Assembly: GCA_024626585.2 (NCBI GenBank)
Contig: JANKJI020000004.1
Location: forward strand, 102,321,702 to 102,346,717
From: Ginkgo biloba
Lineage: Eukaryota > Plantae > Ginkgophyta
Reading direction: 5' to 3'
DNA length: 25,016 nt
The translations under genes and the position numbers were made by a program. This document shows positions 1-12,812 of this stretch, piece after piece. Every line of letters starts with the position of its first letter. Within the stretch, counting starts at the first letter, position 1. Under the pieces are notes generated by a model, which searched no databases, had not been told where the DNA came from, and saw only the letters and a list, made by a program, of their open reading frames with translations.

Positions 1-1499
1 ATACATTACATAATTCTTTAAAATTATATGAATTTTTAAGTTGACCAATGAATGTGAAAAATAATTTAATGGCCTAATATAGTTTATTTTTCATAGTAAA
101 AAAATATTTAATACTCTCTTCAAGTTCATGTTTATTTTATTATGAAAATAGTACATTATTTTAATTCAAATGTTGTATCTATTTTATCATTTACAGAATT
201 TAAGATATGAGAAATACTATTCATGTTTCATGAAAATAATGATTGTATTTATAATCACACTTTTACCTTGATTGCATAATTATAATGAATTAATAATGAA
301 ATGAATATGTATAATGTGAATCTATTACATCATTAGATGTAGGAGATTTAGCACAATTAAGTTTCCTTCGTTTCCTAAATGAGGTATGGAAGTATTTAGT
401 AGTATAACCCTTTTTAAATATATCACCCTATCATCAAAGACTACATCAATATGTAGGATATAATATATACTCCTTATAACCTTATATAACTCACATTCCA
501 TTAGTTAGAATAAAAATTTAGTATATAATCCAAAGAAATAACCTAGGTTTCTTAGTTATTATTTTTTAGTGTCTACATTGATGCTGGTTAGGATTTGATC
601 CTATTAACACTATTTTATGTTAATACATTAAATATATAACATAAATAAAATCATTGAAGTTAATTTTTTCCACTTCAAAATATTATTTTATTAACTTCAT
701 TAACTTGGTTAGCTAATTTGATTATTTTCTATAATCCTAATACTATAGATAGTTAACCTTCTTTAATATCATTTTTATTGGGGATATTTTTTTACTTTTA
801 TTTGGTACATTATTATACTAATGTTGAATTATGATGCATAAAAACCTCCTAAAAAATTTAATGTTAATGGATGTAAAGGGAATTCATCCATCCTCATAGT
901 CAAGATTCTTTTTTTTTCCACTTTCATGGGCCATATAATTAAGAGTTTATTATAATTAAAAAGGATCTACAGGGCCTAGTTATAATTCTATGCAGGTTGA
1001 AGAATCTATAATTAATTTATGATATTCATTAATTATATTTACTATTGATTTTTTAAATTACATCATCTATTAGATCTACAGTCTATCTATGTAGATTATT
1101 TATTAAATATTATCAATACATTTCATTGATTCAATCACTAAGGCTATTTTATGGAGGTCCTTGAACTATATCCTAAATTACTTGAGTTTTTATTTTTATG
1201 TTTATTTTATATTATATATCTCTTTCATAGTAATTTTAACTATTTTAGAAACATCTTAATACATATATTTGGTTATATATAATATAATTTTTTAAGGAAT
1301 TTTACATGGGTCCATGATAATTATTAATGACATTCCTAAACCTAGAGAATGTTTTGCTTAAATACTTGATATTAACCATTAGATGGGGAGGTTTNNNNNN
1401 NNNNNNNNNNNNNNNNNNNATTTTATTGATTCATATAAATATTATATTATTAATAAATCATATACTAACATATTATACCTATAAAATCCATAAGAAGGG

Positions 1500-1870
1500 G
1501 TCAACTACATTATCAACTAAGAGATGGTTTCTCCTTTTTTAATGACATTTATTAACTTGAATTTTTTTATAATAATCACTTATCAATATTTAATTGGTCT
1601 CCATTTTACTCTCAACTTATAATTTATCTTAAATAATAGAAATATTTTTTTCCTAAACAATTTAAGTTATAAATTAGGATCCACCTTTAGTTATTAGCAA
1701 ATAATTAGGTTCTTAAGACTATTTTTTTACCCATACAACTAATTTCATAGGGAAAATTTTAACCATTAAATCTTCCACTCCTATGAAATGTGGATCCTAT
1801 TAGGAGGATGAAATTATTAATGATAAGTTTTTTTGATGGAATGGTGGATCTTTTTGTCCTAAATATCATT
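1500..1870 (-). pseudogene. gag: Decayed Ty3/Gypsy gag fragment
   Basis: Minus-strand translation YLGQKDPPFHQ...VEDLMVKIFPMKLVVWVKK* and later IKKGETIS*LI resembles the Retrotrans_gag pattern Y.G..DP..H...L..K+FP..L.G.A..W ... Q..GE+..Y. Many stops. Confidence 0.45.
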
Positions 1871-2140
1871 AAATACTTTCATTCAATAGCCTCTGACTCT
1901 TTTATTTATCCCCTAAAAATTATTAAATTACTTGTTAATCNNNNNNNNNNNNNNNNNNNNNNNNNNNNNNNNNNNNNNNNNNNNNNNNNNNNNNNNNNNN
2001 NNNNNNNNNNNNNNNNNNNNNNNNNNNNNNNNNNNNNNNNAATAGTGCCATCAACATGTTGAAACATATATGTAATATCATTATTAATGATATAAATTAA
2101 TGGATATAAATATTCCTAAAATTTTAATGATTTCCTTTCT

Positions 2141-2152
2141 TCTCTGATATCG
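2141..2152 (-). promoter_or_regulatory. Degenerate tRNA-iMet primer-binding site
   Basis: Plus strand tctctgatatcg vs canonical gctctgatacca (9/12), directly abutting the LTR terminus at 2153. Confidence 0.6.
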
Positions 2153-2546
2153 TGTTATAAAAATAACAAAATGCATTAATAGAATTAAACTAAACAAGGA
2201 TTGAATAATAACAATAATAATCATTCAAGAGAAAAAATGAAATGGAAAAACTAAAATTCTAAATAATAATAAGAGAGAGAATATTTATAGTGGAAAATTG
2301 ATTAANNNNNNNNNNGAAAAACCACTTTCTAATATATTCCTTATGCTATATCTAAAACCTCTATCTTACACCATGCCCTCAATATATAAGTGAGCTACCC
2401 TATTTATAGAGAGCATATTCACTCTTTACAAGATAATATAACTTTAGATTAGGGTATATTTATCAATGACACATTATTTACCAAGAATAAATAAGTACAT
2501 TTTCCTCAATTTAATATTGTGTAGAATAATACATATAATTCTAACA
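2153..2546 (-). mobile_element. 5' LTR (about 394 bp) of a minus-strand, probably Ty1/Copia, retrotransposon
   Basis: Termini tgttataa...ttctaaca (7/8 inverted match, TG..CA). Minus-strand TATA ctataaatag at 2400-2409, gtggaaaa..gaaaaaccac motif common in Copia LTRs, adjacent Met PBS. The internal part is cut by the 1941-2040 gap. Confidence 0.65.
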
Positions 2547-2689
2547 ATTCTCTTAGAAGTTGTCCCCTTATTCCACTTATTATAAAATTAGAATCACCAA
2601 AATTTTTAAAATTTATCTTATTGGTGTATAATCTATGTTTTCTATTTATTGTCATTATCATTATCAATGTGTTAATTTCAAATATAACT

Positions 2690-3300
2690 CATTCATCTAT
2701 ATAACATCAAGTGTTGTATAAAATATCAAAGTTTATTTAGTTAGCCTAGTCAATCATGACTCCAATTAACCATCACTTTCTAAGGATATTTATAACTTGA
2801 AATATTAGTACAAGTGTTTCTCTTATAATGTTATAATCCCATTTTATTGATTTTTGAATAATATAATAAGCCAAAATACCATTTGAACTATACTTATTAT
2901 TAACTATCTACAAATTTATTGGCATGTTAAAAAGGTTTTATTTTAGTTCCATCTGCCTAGAAATCATAGTCGTAGTCGCCTTTGTGTCGTATACATATAA
3001 TATAATTTATTATTATTATATTTATCCTTATTGGTCCATTAATCTATATACTTATATTACGCACTTAAGATAGTAGAAAATAAATAATATTATCTAATAT
3101 TCCAAAATTTAAAATACATATTATCTAGAATATGATCAAATCATATAATGGATAAAATCCATTAGATTTTGGCCTTAATATTTTTTTAGTGTCATAATAA
3201 TTCAACNNNNNNNNNNNNNNAAATATTTATAAAATTCATTTTATGGATTCCCCAAATTAGTTTCTTTTATATTGATAGAAATAGAAGGTATGCTATTAAT
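2690..3300 (-). pseudogene. Very decayed Gypsy pol (pre-RT / RT start) remnant
   Basis: Fragments INIKETNLGNP, I*SYS and RK-DG-IGVMID*AN*IN occur in the order expected for NLG..P / WSY / KKDG.IRVC.D..LN. Several frameshifts are needed. Confidence 0.3.
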
Positions 3301-3542
3301 TAGTGTCATAATCTTCTTGGTACCAATTTGGGGTTTAATTTTGTTTTAAATTATATGGTTAGGATGTATTTCCTATAAATTATTTATTATGTAATGATAA
3401 TACAACAAAATTTGGTTACAATTAATAAATGATTCATTAGATNNNNNNNNNNNNNNNNNNNNNNNNNNNNNNNNNNNNNNNNNNNNNNNNNNNNNNNNNN
3501 NNNNNNNNNNNNNNNNNNNNNNNNNNNNNNNNNNNNNNNNNN

Positions 3543-4105
3543 TTCTATATCATAAATTTATTAATCCAATTAAATTTGTTGATAGGTTACGCGAATATTA
3601 TATGAATTATATTAGTGATTTCCTTCTTCACTAATTATTTAGCATTAGGATTCATTTTATATGGCATTTTCTTAATAGTATTTATATCTAAGAATAGATT
3701 TTATTTTATGACCCAAATTGATTTCATGATACTTTTTATATTATTAATATCCTTAGGAAATATATCTCAATATTATTTTAATACATAAAATATTTCTTTA
3801 TTATTCTCCTTTATTGAATAATCCCAAACTATGACCATTTTAGGATCCATTTTTTATCCCATAATTATCTTGTTTATTTTCAACACTTGGTTAGAGCATA
3901 AACTAGTTGTGTTGATAATTCCATCATCCACTTCTTCATACTCTTTATTAATTTGCATGAATTATTTATGAAACTCTTATCAATTTATTACTCCATTAAC
4001 ACCTTCAGGTTGTATACAAACTTCCTAATAGGGAACTTCAACACATCCTTACTCCTATACCTTATCCCCAAATTGAAATTAGTGTACATTTTCTTCTTGA
4101 AACAA
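3543..4105 (-). pseudogene. pol: Gypsy pol remnant (protease-RT linker and RT N-terminus)
   Basis: One frame reads VLKINKIIMG*KMDPKMVIVWDYSIKENNKEIFYVLK*Y*DIFPKDINNIKSI...IKKMPYKMNPNAK*LVKKEI. This matches the Gypsy pattern NIG...PK..IGDYW...LL.EY.D+FP...MKGI...RPY++NP..K..VK.E+. Confidence 0.8.
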
Positions 4106-4709
4106 AAAAAAATTATATTTTGGTGTAACTTATGAACTTTTGGTTATTCATCCAAAAAAGATAGAAATGTTCACCAATGAATCTTTTAATATTATGTAAT
4201 TGGTAATTTATATATAATATTATTAATGAATATAACAATATCTAATAATAGTTTTATTTTTTGAATGAAATTATATGGCCATTTATTCCCTTTATCCTCA
4301 TCAATATAATTCAATTTTTCATTTCATTTATTGATTTGTTACTATGGATTCTTAATTCTTGGATGTTATTTCATGACTCTATGGAATCTCTCTATGATAT
4401 TATTGAATCATAATGCAATATAGATGTAGAATTTAATAATTTATACAACATATTATAATATGATCCCCACCATTAAATTTTAGTTGTAAAATAATCTTAA
4501 AAACCTTACATCATGGTATCACCTTTTGATATCCTTCCCATTTAGTGAACATAAATATGTGAGTTATAATATCAATATTACTTAAACACCTATTTTGTTA
4601 CAAATAAANNNNNNNNNNNNNNNNNNNNNNNNNNNNNNNNNNNNNNNNNNNNNNNNNNNNNNNNNNNNNNNNNNNNNNNNNNNNNNNNNNNNNNNNNNNN
4701 NNNNNNNNA

Positions 4710-5140
4710 CTAAATAAGTTGTACTCTATTTTCAAACTAATATTCCTTGTTTGATTACTATATTTAGGTACAATTTATCAAACTAATCCTCTATAAGTGT
4801 TTACATAATTGTAGATACAAAAGGTATGAACAAGTATGCAATTCACTAATATGATATATACATATACTTATGGATGAAAAGTAGTGGATAAATTTACTAA
4901 AGTTAATAATAATCTATGAAGTAATAACTATAAGTGACCTCAAAAGATAAAATATTGTCTTAAATAATGATGCATAGAAACCTAAAGTGAGTTCATGCAT
5001 GTTCAAAGAAAATCTAGCAATCATCTATGTAATAATGGACTTAGTATAAGAAATAAAAACTTTTACCTTCTTAAATTAGTCAACAATAACTACTATAGCA
5101 TCAATATTCCTTTGAATCATGGGTGGTCTACTAATGAAGT
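4710..5140 (+). pseudogene. Gypsy integrase C-terminal (GPY/F region) remnant
   Basis: ORF 4995-5177 HVQRKSSNHLCNNGLSIRNKNFYLLKLVNNNYYSINIPLNHGWST resembles HLRKERFP....KL..R..GPF.+L.+INDNAY.+DLP...G+S. An upstream NKLYSIF..IPC..IFRYN resembles N...HS.T..SPF++VYG.N. Confidence 0.5.
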
Positions 5141-6420
5141 ACATGGAAAGGGATTTCTAAGGTCTAGATTCCACTAAAAGGGATGTATAGCAACTTACTT
5201 TGTTATTTCAAGTTTCAAATGGATTTAAAGTGAATATTGGTGGATGAATATCTTAACCTATACATACTTGTACAAAATAAATACCTCTAAAAAATAAGAA
5301 AGGATCTTATAAAAAATAAATTTTCTACCATATAAAGCATAATATGTGTCCTATATTAATTTTTCACTAATAGACCTTCATAGAAGACACAATATTCCCT
5401 AAATATAGAGATAAGTATCATTGAAATGATAAGTCTAAAAATGGAACTCAATAGTTCTATGAATAATTTAAAATATAATGAAATACGTTTTTGAAATATA
5501 CATTCCCATGTAACTCTCTCTACTCTAGATAACCAAGACAACTAGTTTTTATGCTATTAAAGAGGATTACAACTATTATTCTAGACAAGAACTTAGTTGT
5601 TTTATTTTATACTCCATTTTTATATCTAATGGAAAGGTAGAACTTATATAGACATGTTAACCACTTCATATGTCTATGATCTTAAATATTAGTCTAAAAC
5701 TAATAAATTATAATGTTTGATGATTAGTATAGACACATATCCTTTTCAATAAAGTAATGCCATTAGGATTTAATATCTTTAATAACACAATTATCTTATT
5801 CATATGTGTAATAGTTTTCCTTAATAGATAATAATGTAATACAAATTAGGGGTCTCATAGATCAAAATTATGTAATGAGAGATTTCTTGTGACTCTCAAG
5901 ATAGAAGTTTGGGTAGAATAGGACCAATAAAACAATAATCATGCTTTTTAGCGCCTATTATGTAATTATTTTATTGTAATTAATAAAATAATCCACCTAA
6001 TTGTATTTGTGTGTAGGTCTTTGGTGATTCTAAAATATTTTAGAGAGTTTCTAAGCTTGATAAGCCTTCCATATGCTTCGTTAGATCCTATATTAACCTC
6101 CCATACTCTTTCTATAACTGAATATTATAAAATTCATGGGAAGCTCAATGTTGCTAATTTATGATTGTACATTAGTGATGCANNNNNNNNNNNNNNNNNN
6201 NNNNNNNNNNNNNNNNNNNNNNNNNNNNNNNNNNNNNNNNNNNNNNNNNNNNNATTTTTAGTCAAGAAAAACTTTAAAAATAAAAAAAAAATGGTTAAGG
6301 ATGTTCCCATAGAACTTAGGGTCAACCATAACTGTCTAAATCTCCAAAAATTTGACCATTAGATCTCTTGAGGTGTTGATCATATGTAGGTCTAGATTTT
6401 CCCTTGGAACTAATCCTACA

Positions 6421-6434
6421 CTTTATAAATAGGG
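6421..6434 (+). promoter_or_regulatory. TATA box of LTR type within a non-coding, probably LTR-derived block (6254-7110)
   Basis: ctttataaataggg matches the common plant LTR TATA context CTATAAATAG(GG). LTR ends could not be defined. Confidence 0.3.
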
Positions 6435-7210
6435 CTTCATTTGAGGTCTTAGAGGAGAAGAGTCAAGTAGTGTCATGCTGCCCAATTGTAGTCTGAATTT
6501 TCTTCCATAATTTAGTCTAATTCATATTTTGAGTCCCATTTTGCTATCTCCATACTCCTTCTTTGGCTTTGACCCTTATTTAGGTATTCTAGAAACCCTA
6601 GCATGAGGATCCCTTATTTTTAACAGTTTAAAATCGTGTTTCTTGTGCCACTCCTCTGTTACCTTATTTTTTTCCTCCTCCTTTATTTATTTTCATGATT
6701 ATTGTAGAGAAATATTTAGTTTATAAATTTATCGAAGGATTTTGGAGCATTGGAGACTATGCAATCAGGATCTAGGTGGCATCACTTTCGTAATAGCTCT
6801 TTGTACAAGATGGAATGATTATTTTTGTTTGGTTCTTCTTGGATTTCTTCAAAACTAAACATAAATAAGAAGGAACCTAACATCTAATTTTATTTAATAT
6901 TAAAAAACCAAGAGAAAATATTAGGAAGGAATTAGGTTCTTTTATGTTCTATTTATCTTTCAGTTAGACTACTATTTGAATGCCATTTTTCTTGGTGATT
7001 CTTATCGTTTGAGAGGTGATATTATTTTCTACTATAGATATTAAGATTTGATTTGTTTTATAGATCAAACCTAAACTCTTTATGAATCTTTTTCAAGATT
7101 TAGGAGCTCANNNNNNNNNNNNNNNNNNNNNNNNNNNNNNNNNNNNNNNNNNNNNNNNNNNNNNNNNNNNNNNNNNNNNNNNNNNNNNNNNNNNNNNNNN
7201 NNNNNNNNNN

Positions 7211-8155
7211 AGAAGAATTAGTAAACCATATGGACTTGAAATAAATTAGATACATAATTATTTAACCAATATCTAAACTTACATATTCATATATAATGGA
7301 TTAATTTAAAGGTCCTATACACTATTCTATTAGTTAAACTAGTTATAGGAAGAAGGTTAATTCCATACTCAAATCTTGGTTGGCTTCCCTTAGGTTCTTC
7401 AAAAATATTTTGATATGGGTCTAGAAAATTTATTAAGATAGTATTATTCTCCTATATTCCTAAAAAATGTATACTCATAGTATACTCTACCTTATAAATA
7501 TGTGGCTATATTAGAAATGAATTATAATATTATACAATACTAAAAATATCTTATGCTTTCTTAGGAGAAACTAACATGATTGATCCTACTCGAGAAGGAA
7601 GTTGATATGTATACTTATCCTTATTCAAAATACATCAATTAAATCTAACACCATACAAAATATTATTTTCATACTAAAAATTCCATCTAAATATCATGAC
7701 ATAATAGTCCATAAGTGTCATATAAGAAATGAACCCATTAATATAATACTACAAGACAAATCTAATGGTATAGTTCTAATCCACTTAACTAGTAGAGGTT
7801 CCTATATTGGACCATCATAGATCATATGGTGAAGGTTTTGTATGGGTGGAAATTTGACAATATCATATGGGTTATGAATATATAACATTATTCATAGTCC
7901 CATTGTTAAATATTAATAAGGTTAATCAATATTTTATTTAATCCATTTACATAAAAATCTAATCTTTATTTTATAATCATATGGTTATTTTACTAAGTGT
8001 AAAATTCTTATATATTTATATTTATCCATAAAGATCCATAATATTATAGTCCTCTTATATGAAGGGTAATTTTTCTTTCACCCATTATTCTTAGGATTAG
8101 AATATAACTTCCCTTTCATGTGCCAATAGTATAGATTATGCTCATAATACTTGTT
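7211..8155 (-). pseudogene. pol: Gypsy (chromovirus/CRM-like) gag zinc knuckle - aspartic protease - RT start remnant
   Basis: In order: KYYEHNLYYWH..(Y)..P (decayed CCHC); LIFNNGTMNNVI...TKPSPYDL*W...YTIRFVL*Y...LMDYYVMIFRWNF*YENNILYGVRFN*CILNKDKYTYQL (protease: LIIDSGS..N, HP.PY.+.W, PMD...LLGRPW.YD); then FLDPYQNIFEEPKGSQPRFEYGINLLPITSLTNRIVYR and SSPYGLLILL (RT N-terminus). Confidence 0.8.
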
Positions 8156-10243
8156 ATTATTCATTATCCTTTATAAACCTTTATCACTAGAAGGTTTATA
8201 ATATCCCCTTGTACAAATTCATTACAAGATAATCCTTTAAACATTTTATGAGTTAGAGAATGAAGAAGATAAAGAAAGATATTTATAAGGATATTTTCCT
8301 TTTAGCTACTTATTTTAAAATTTTAAATAATATATAAATTATTTATCAAGACTTATTATGGGAATTGTTCCTAACTNNNNNNNNNNNNNNNNNNNNNNNN
8401 NNNNNNNNNNNNNNNNNNNNNNNNNNNNNNNNNNNNNNNNNNNNNNNNNNNNNNNNNNNNNNNNNNNNNNNNNNNNGAGGAAAAGAAAATGCTTAAGGTG
8501 TCAACTTCCCACATCCAAAATCATCTCATTCCCAGAGTTCCCTGCCCACCCAACTCAATATCAAATGGGATATATCAAGATCTTATTTCCTTTAGATTAG
8601 AAAATTTTTAAAAAGGATAAAAATATTCCTATAATATATATAACCCAAGGTTAACTTAGGCTAGGTACATAAGTACCTCAATTTATCTTATCCAAGTACT
8701 CTAGAAGTTCTAATTGATGGGTGATTAATATATTAGTCTTATTCTATAATTGGGGACTTAATAATAATTTTTATCAGCCTAGAAGTGGACAAAAGTACAT
8801 TCCATATGTTCAAGTTATATAATGAATTCTCTGTATTCATTTTATCATCATTTAATATTTATCATTTCCACTTTCTTTCCTTATAAGGAAATTTCTCTTT
8901 TTGAATGTAGATGCTTAATATCATAACTTTATAGGCACCATGTGTACTCACCCCACTTATCTCTCAGTATTAGGTTCTCTTAAAACATCCATAATAATAT
9001 ATTTATTTACTCTTATTCAATATTAATTTATATATTTTATCAATCATTAGGAATTTGATCTTTTTGTGAACATTATTATTGATAAAAATATTATATCTCT
9101 AGACTATTTATTAGTTTTTGTTAATATTAAAAACATTTTGTGAGTCATTTTATTCTTAGTAGTACATATTTTTGAAAATACTAAGACTAGGGACAACATA
9201 TGGTTATAACAAGGAAACTTTCCAAGGTTGGTAGGAGGAAAGGGAAAAAATTTTAGAATGGTTTGATGAGTATTAAAGGGATACATATACTAGATTAAAA
9301 AATATGAACATAATATTTGAAGGAATTCATACCATATTTAAGAGAGACAAAGGTAAATTAGAGATATTATATTCTAATATCATAAACTAAAGATCATAAA
9401 TAAGTATAATTTTAAGTGAGTAAACTATATTACATTGATAAAAATAATATCCTTCTATAGTTATAAGGTATTATAGGAATAATAGAAGTAATGAATTTAG
9501 ATACAACATTCAATATAAGATCCATATATTTAGTGTTTAATAAAAAATGAAATTATATGAATGGTTTTAAAAAATAGAAATGGCATTGAAATAAGTTGGA
9601 TTATCCCAACCAAGAGATAAATTCATGGAGGGTGTATCCCATACTTATGCCTCTAAGTAGATCAAGAAGAGTTCACACTCCAAAGAAATTTTTAAATATT
9701 TCTAAAAGGAATATTACAAAAGAGAAGACCACAATTGTATTGACCCTTGTAACACCCAACTAGATTATTTTATCAAACTAAAGAGATGATATTATAATAC
9801 ACTAAGAAATTTGAGATCCCATAATAATATAGAAAAATTTTACATTGTTAATTTAATAACTAATATATAGCTATAAAGGGATTAATAATATAGGAAGTAA
9901 TTTAGTTTCCCAACTAATGAAATATTCAAAATAATATATATTCCTATCTAAGGGATTCCATAAAAGAAAAAAATGTTTACAAATAATGAAGAAAATAATA
10001 GAAGGTCCTTAAAGATAAATAGATAGAAAGAAAATAAGAACTAAACATAATATGGGTTGTAGATGTTGTAAGAAGGAGATTAGACTTATCCTTCCCACCT
10101 CAGTCAAAACGACTGGCCCAAAAGGTGAGAGGCACAGGGCTAANNNNNNNNNNNNNNNNNNNNNNNNNNNNNNNNNNNNNNNNNNNNNNNNNNNNNNNNN
10201 NNNNNNNNNNNNNNNNNNNNNNNNNNNNNNNNNNNNNNNNNNN

Positions 10244-10530
10244 CCTTGATAGTGTTAAATAGTTATTACTCATGCTCCACTTATTAATTCTCATAAATAC
10301 TTTCACATCTCATCCTACTAAGGTCCTTAGTGCATTTACACTTTGATATTATGAGAAGGTCCTATTTAGAAGTAATATACTTCATCCATAGCCAACTACT
10401 CTATTATAAATATTGGTATCTTCATCACCAACAATGAGATCATTATAATAATCATATCCACCTTAATATTCTTGACACCATAGTACCCATAGTTCATATA
10501 TACATGCCCAATTCATATGATCATTCTCCC
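10244..10530 (-). pseudogene. Possible decayed retroelement accessory-ORF fragment
   Basis: IYELWVLWCQEY*GGYDYYNDLIV...IYN...LRTLVG*DVKVFMRINK...YLTLSR loosely parallels the copy at 17228-17480 (PKIWKEKFKKYFFLMNDKF). Confidence 0.3.
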
Positions 10531-12540
10531 TCTTAATGAATACCTCTTAAGAGGGAAGAAAATGTATTAAAAATTATGGTTTTGGTTATGAAAGCTATAT
10601 TTTTATAATGAGAGGTTACCTGTGGGTCTCAAATCAATATTTTGGATAGATTAGGTCATTTAAACATACAAATCACCTCATCATACTATACATATAAATA
10701 TTTTTTTGTTATTAATAGAAAGGGTCATATGTTTGTTGTTGTAGGTTTTTCTGACAATTGTTGCTCCCTTACCTCCTTCCTAATGCTCATAAGTAGTCAT
10801 AATTCTCTTAGAACTAACATAAAACTTTTTAATTTCACTAATTACCTTAGNNNNNNNNNNNNNNNNNNNNNNNNNNNNNNNNNNNNNNNNNNNNNNNNNN
10901 NNNNNNNNNNNNNNNNNNNNNNNNNNNNNNNNNNNNNNNNNNNNNNNGCCACTTATCAACATTTCCTATGGTGGAACATCACTTAATAGAAGGAGGTTAA
11001 TTTATTCTCTCTATAACTATATTACCTTAAGAATTTTTGGCTATTTCTAATGGAAAAAATAAAAAATTCATATAATTCCACATGCCCTATCTATTTTCTA
11101 GATGGATGAGGTTGACTTTATATCAAAAGGACTATATGCATGAAAATTCAAGGTGTAGAGGCCTAATTGGTCATGATTCCTTCTCTTTTTTCTATAAATT
11201 GATCCCTTAATAGGCATAATGGGAGGAAATTAGATCAAGTAGGTCCATGTTGTTCAAATTTCCCTTACATATATCATCTATAAGCTCTATCATAATAGTT
11301 TCTCATTTATTTTCTAGTCCCTATCCCCTACTCTTCCTCTATTTGTGTTGCTTACCTTGCTTCAACCTCTTCTAGGCCTTGTTCTCTTTGATCCTTCTAG
11401 CCCTTGCATTAAACTCACTCTCATTCTTGAAGCTATTCGATGTTCAAATTAGCACGATGAAGGATTTTCATGACTCAACATTATTCTCTCTACTTTTAAA
11501 TTATGATGTTGGATGATAAACTGAAGGAGGGAGCCAATAGGAGGAGTAACAACACATTCAACATTTGACATCAATTGTATGACCTATCATTATCCCATTC
11601 ATGTGTGAAGGTTATAATCTCCCCTTCTATGTATTTTCTTTAATTGTGTAAGAAGTTAAAAATAAAATTATAAAATAGGTAGTTGAAATCAGATTTAAGT
11701 GAATCTGAATTTTATGCTATGCTAGATTATTTTCTTTTAATTTTGGGGAGATTTTCCTCTTGAGGTTCTGGTTAGGGTTGCCTATAATAGTCCCTAATTA
11801 TTCCTCTTCATACTTTAGTGGGAACAAAACCTGTCTCTTCATTGGATTTTAGCCTACATGTTATCCTTAGTAGACAACTCAATCCATTCAGAAAGGGAAG
11901 ACCATATCTATTGGTTAACTCCTCTGCTCCCTAGCGACATCACATATCTTCCTAGAATTCCTGTTTAATTGCTTGATTTATTGAAGACTATTTTTCACTT
12001 ATAGAAAGGGAAAGAATGCATTCGTTTATCTATATTCACATTTGAATCATGGATGAAGATTAGATTCTAAATTTTATTTTTATCCNNNNNNNNNNNNNNN
12101 NNNNNNNNNTTACGGTGCCTTTGCATTGCACTTGAAGCTCTTGTTGCTCATGGCGGGCTCTTTGCCCTTATACCTTTTTTTGTGCTTTTGATAGCAAAGT
12201 CACTTATTTTTCTATTTTTGGTAGAGTTCCACTTGTGGCCCCAATATAGGGGGATTGTCTTTTTCTATCCTAAAGGTTATATTAGGTTGGTTTGGAGTGT
12301 TTCCTTTCTTTTTTACATGTTTTATATTTGTTGAAAAAGGGGTATAAGGGAAATATAAATAAANNNNNNNNNNNNNNNNNNNNNNNNNNNNNNNNNNNNN
12401 NNNNNNNNNNNNNNNNNNNNNNNNNNNNNNNNNNNNNNNNNNNNNNNNNNNNNNNNNNNNNNNTGAAGCATGAGAGGGTGAGATAAGTTGGGCCTATAAA
12501 TTTAAATCGATACATATGGTAATATGACATTGATAGTAAT

Positions 12541-12798
12541 TACTAGATAGTCAAATGTATTTATAATGTAATATGATAAAATTAGTATGTAATGATAAAT
12601 TACATGGGAATTTGGTAGTTAGGTTTCCTAATGACCTCCACCACCCAAATATACTTATGTATGTTATTGATCTAGGATATCGGAGAATAGAGAGTGAAGG
12701 TTTGTGAATGTAATGCACATGGAATTAGAGGGTTTAGGATTTCCCCTCATCTTAATTATTGGTTGAGTTATCTCTCGTTGGAAAATTCCTTTCCAACA
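12541..12798 (+). repeat. 5' LTR (258 bp)
   Basis: Colinear with 15350-15651 (about 203/257 identities counted by hand). Ends ccaaca. Start tactagatag differs from tgttggacaa only by transitions. Lacks a 44-bp segment present in the 3' LTR. Confidence 0.92.
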
Positions 12799-12800
12799 TT

Positions 12801-12812
12801 TAGTGTCGTTGC
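12801..12812 (+). promoter_or_regulatory. Degenerate tRNA-Asp-type primer-binding site
   Basis: tagtgtcgttgc, 2 nt after the LTR CA, vs TGGCGCCGTTGC (Athila-type Asp PBS): 9/12, and all three differences are G>A or C>T. Confidence 0.7.

Noticed and set aside
2141-2410. Endogenous caulimovirid (TATA followed by Met PBS)
   Set aside because: TG..CA termini directly abut the PBS as in an LTR, and no movement-protein or viral coat motif was seen.
4514-4521. tggtatca as a plus-strand PBS
   Set aside because: Only 8 nt match, no LTR is definable upstream, and it lies next to a minus-strand pol remnant.
8477-10143. Plus-strand protease-like (LEVLIDG) and gag-like (INSW, QTKE..Y..KF, CRCCKK) scraps
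   Set aside because: Probably retroelement-derived, but too decayed and in an inconsistent domain order to call by eye.
10947-11200. Minus-strand gag-like scraps (LFFPL, PPSIK*)
   Set aside because: Two short weak motifs only.
12248-12260. agggggat-tg as PPT plus LTR start
   Set aside because: The following sequence is cut by a gap at 12364; no second terminus or copy supports it.
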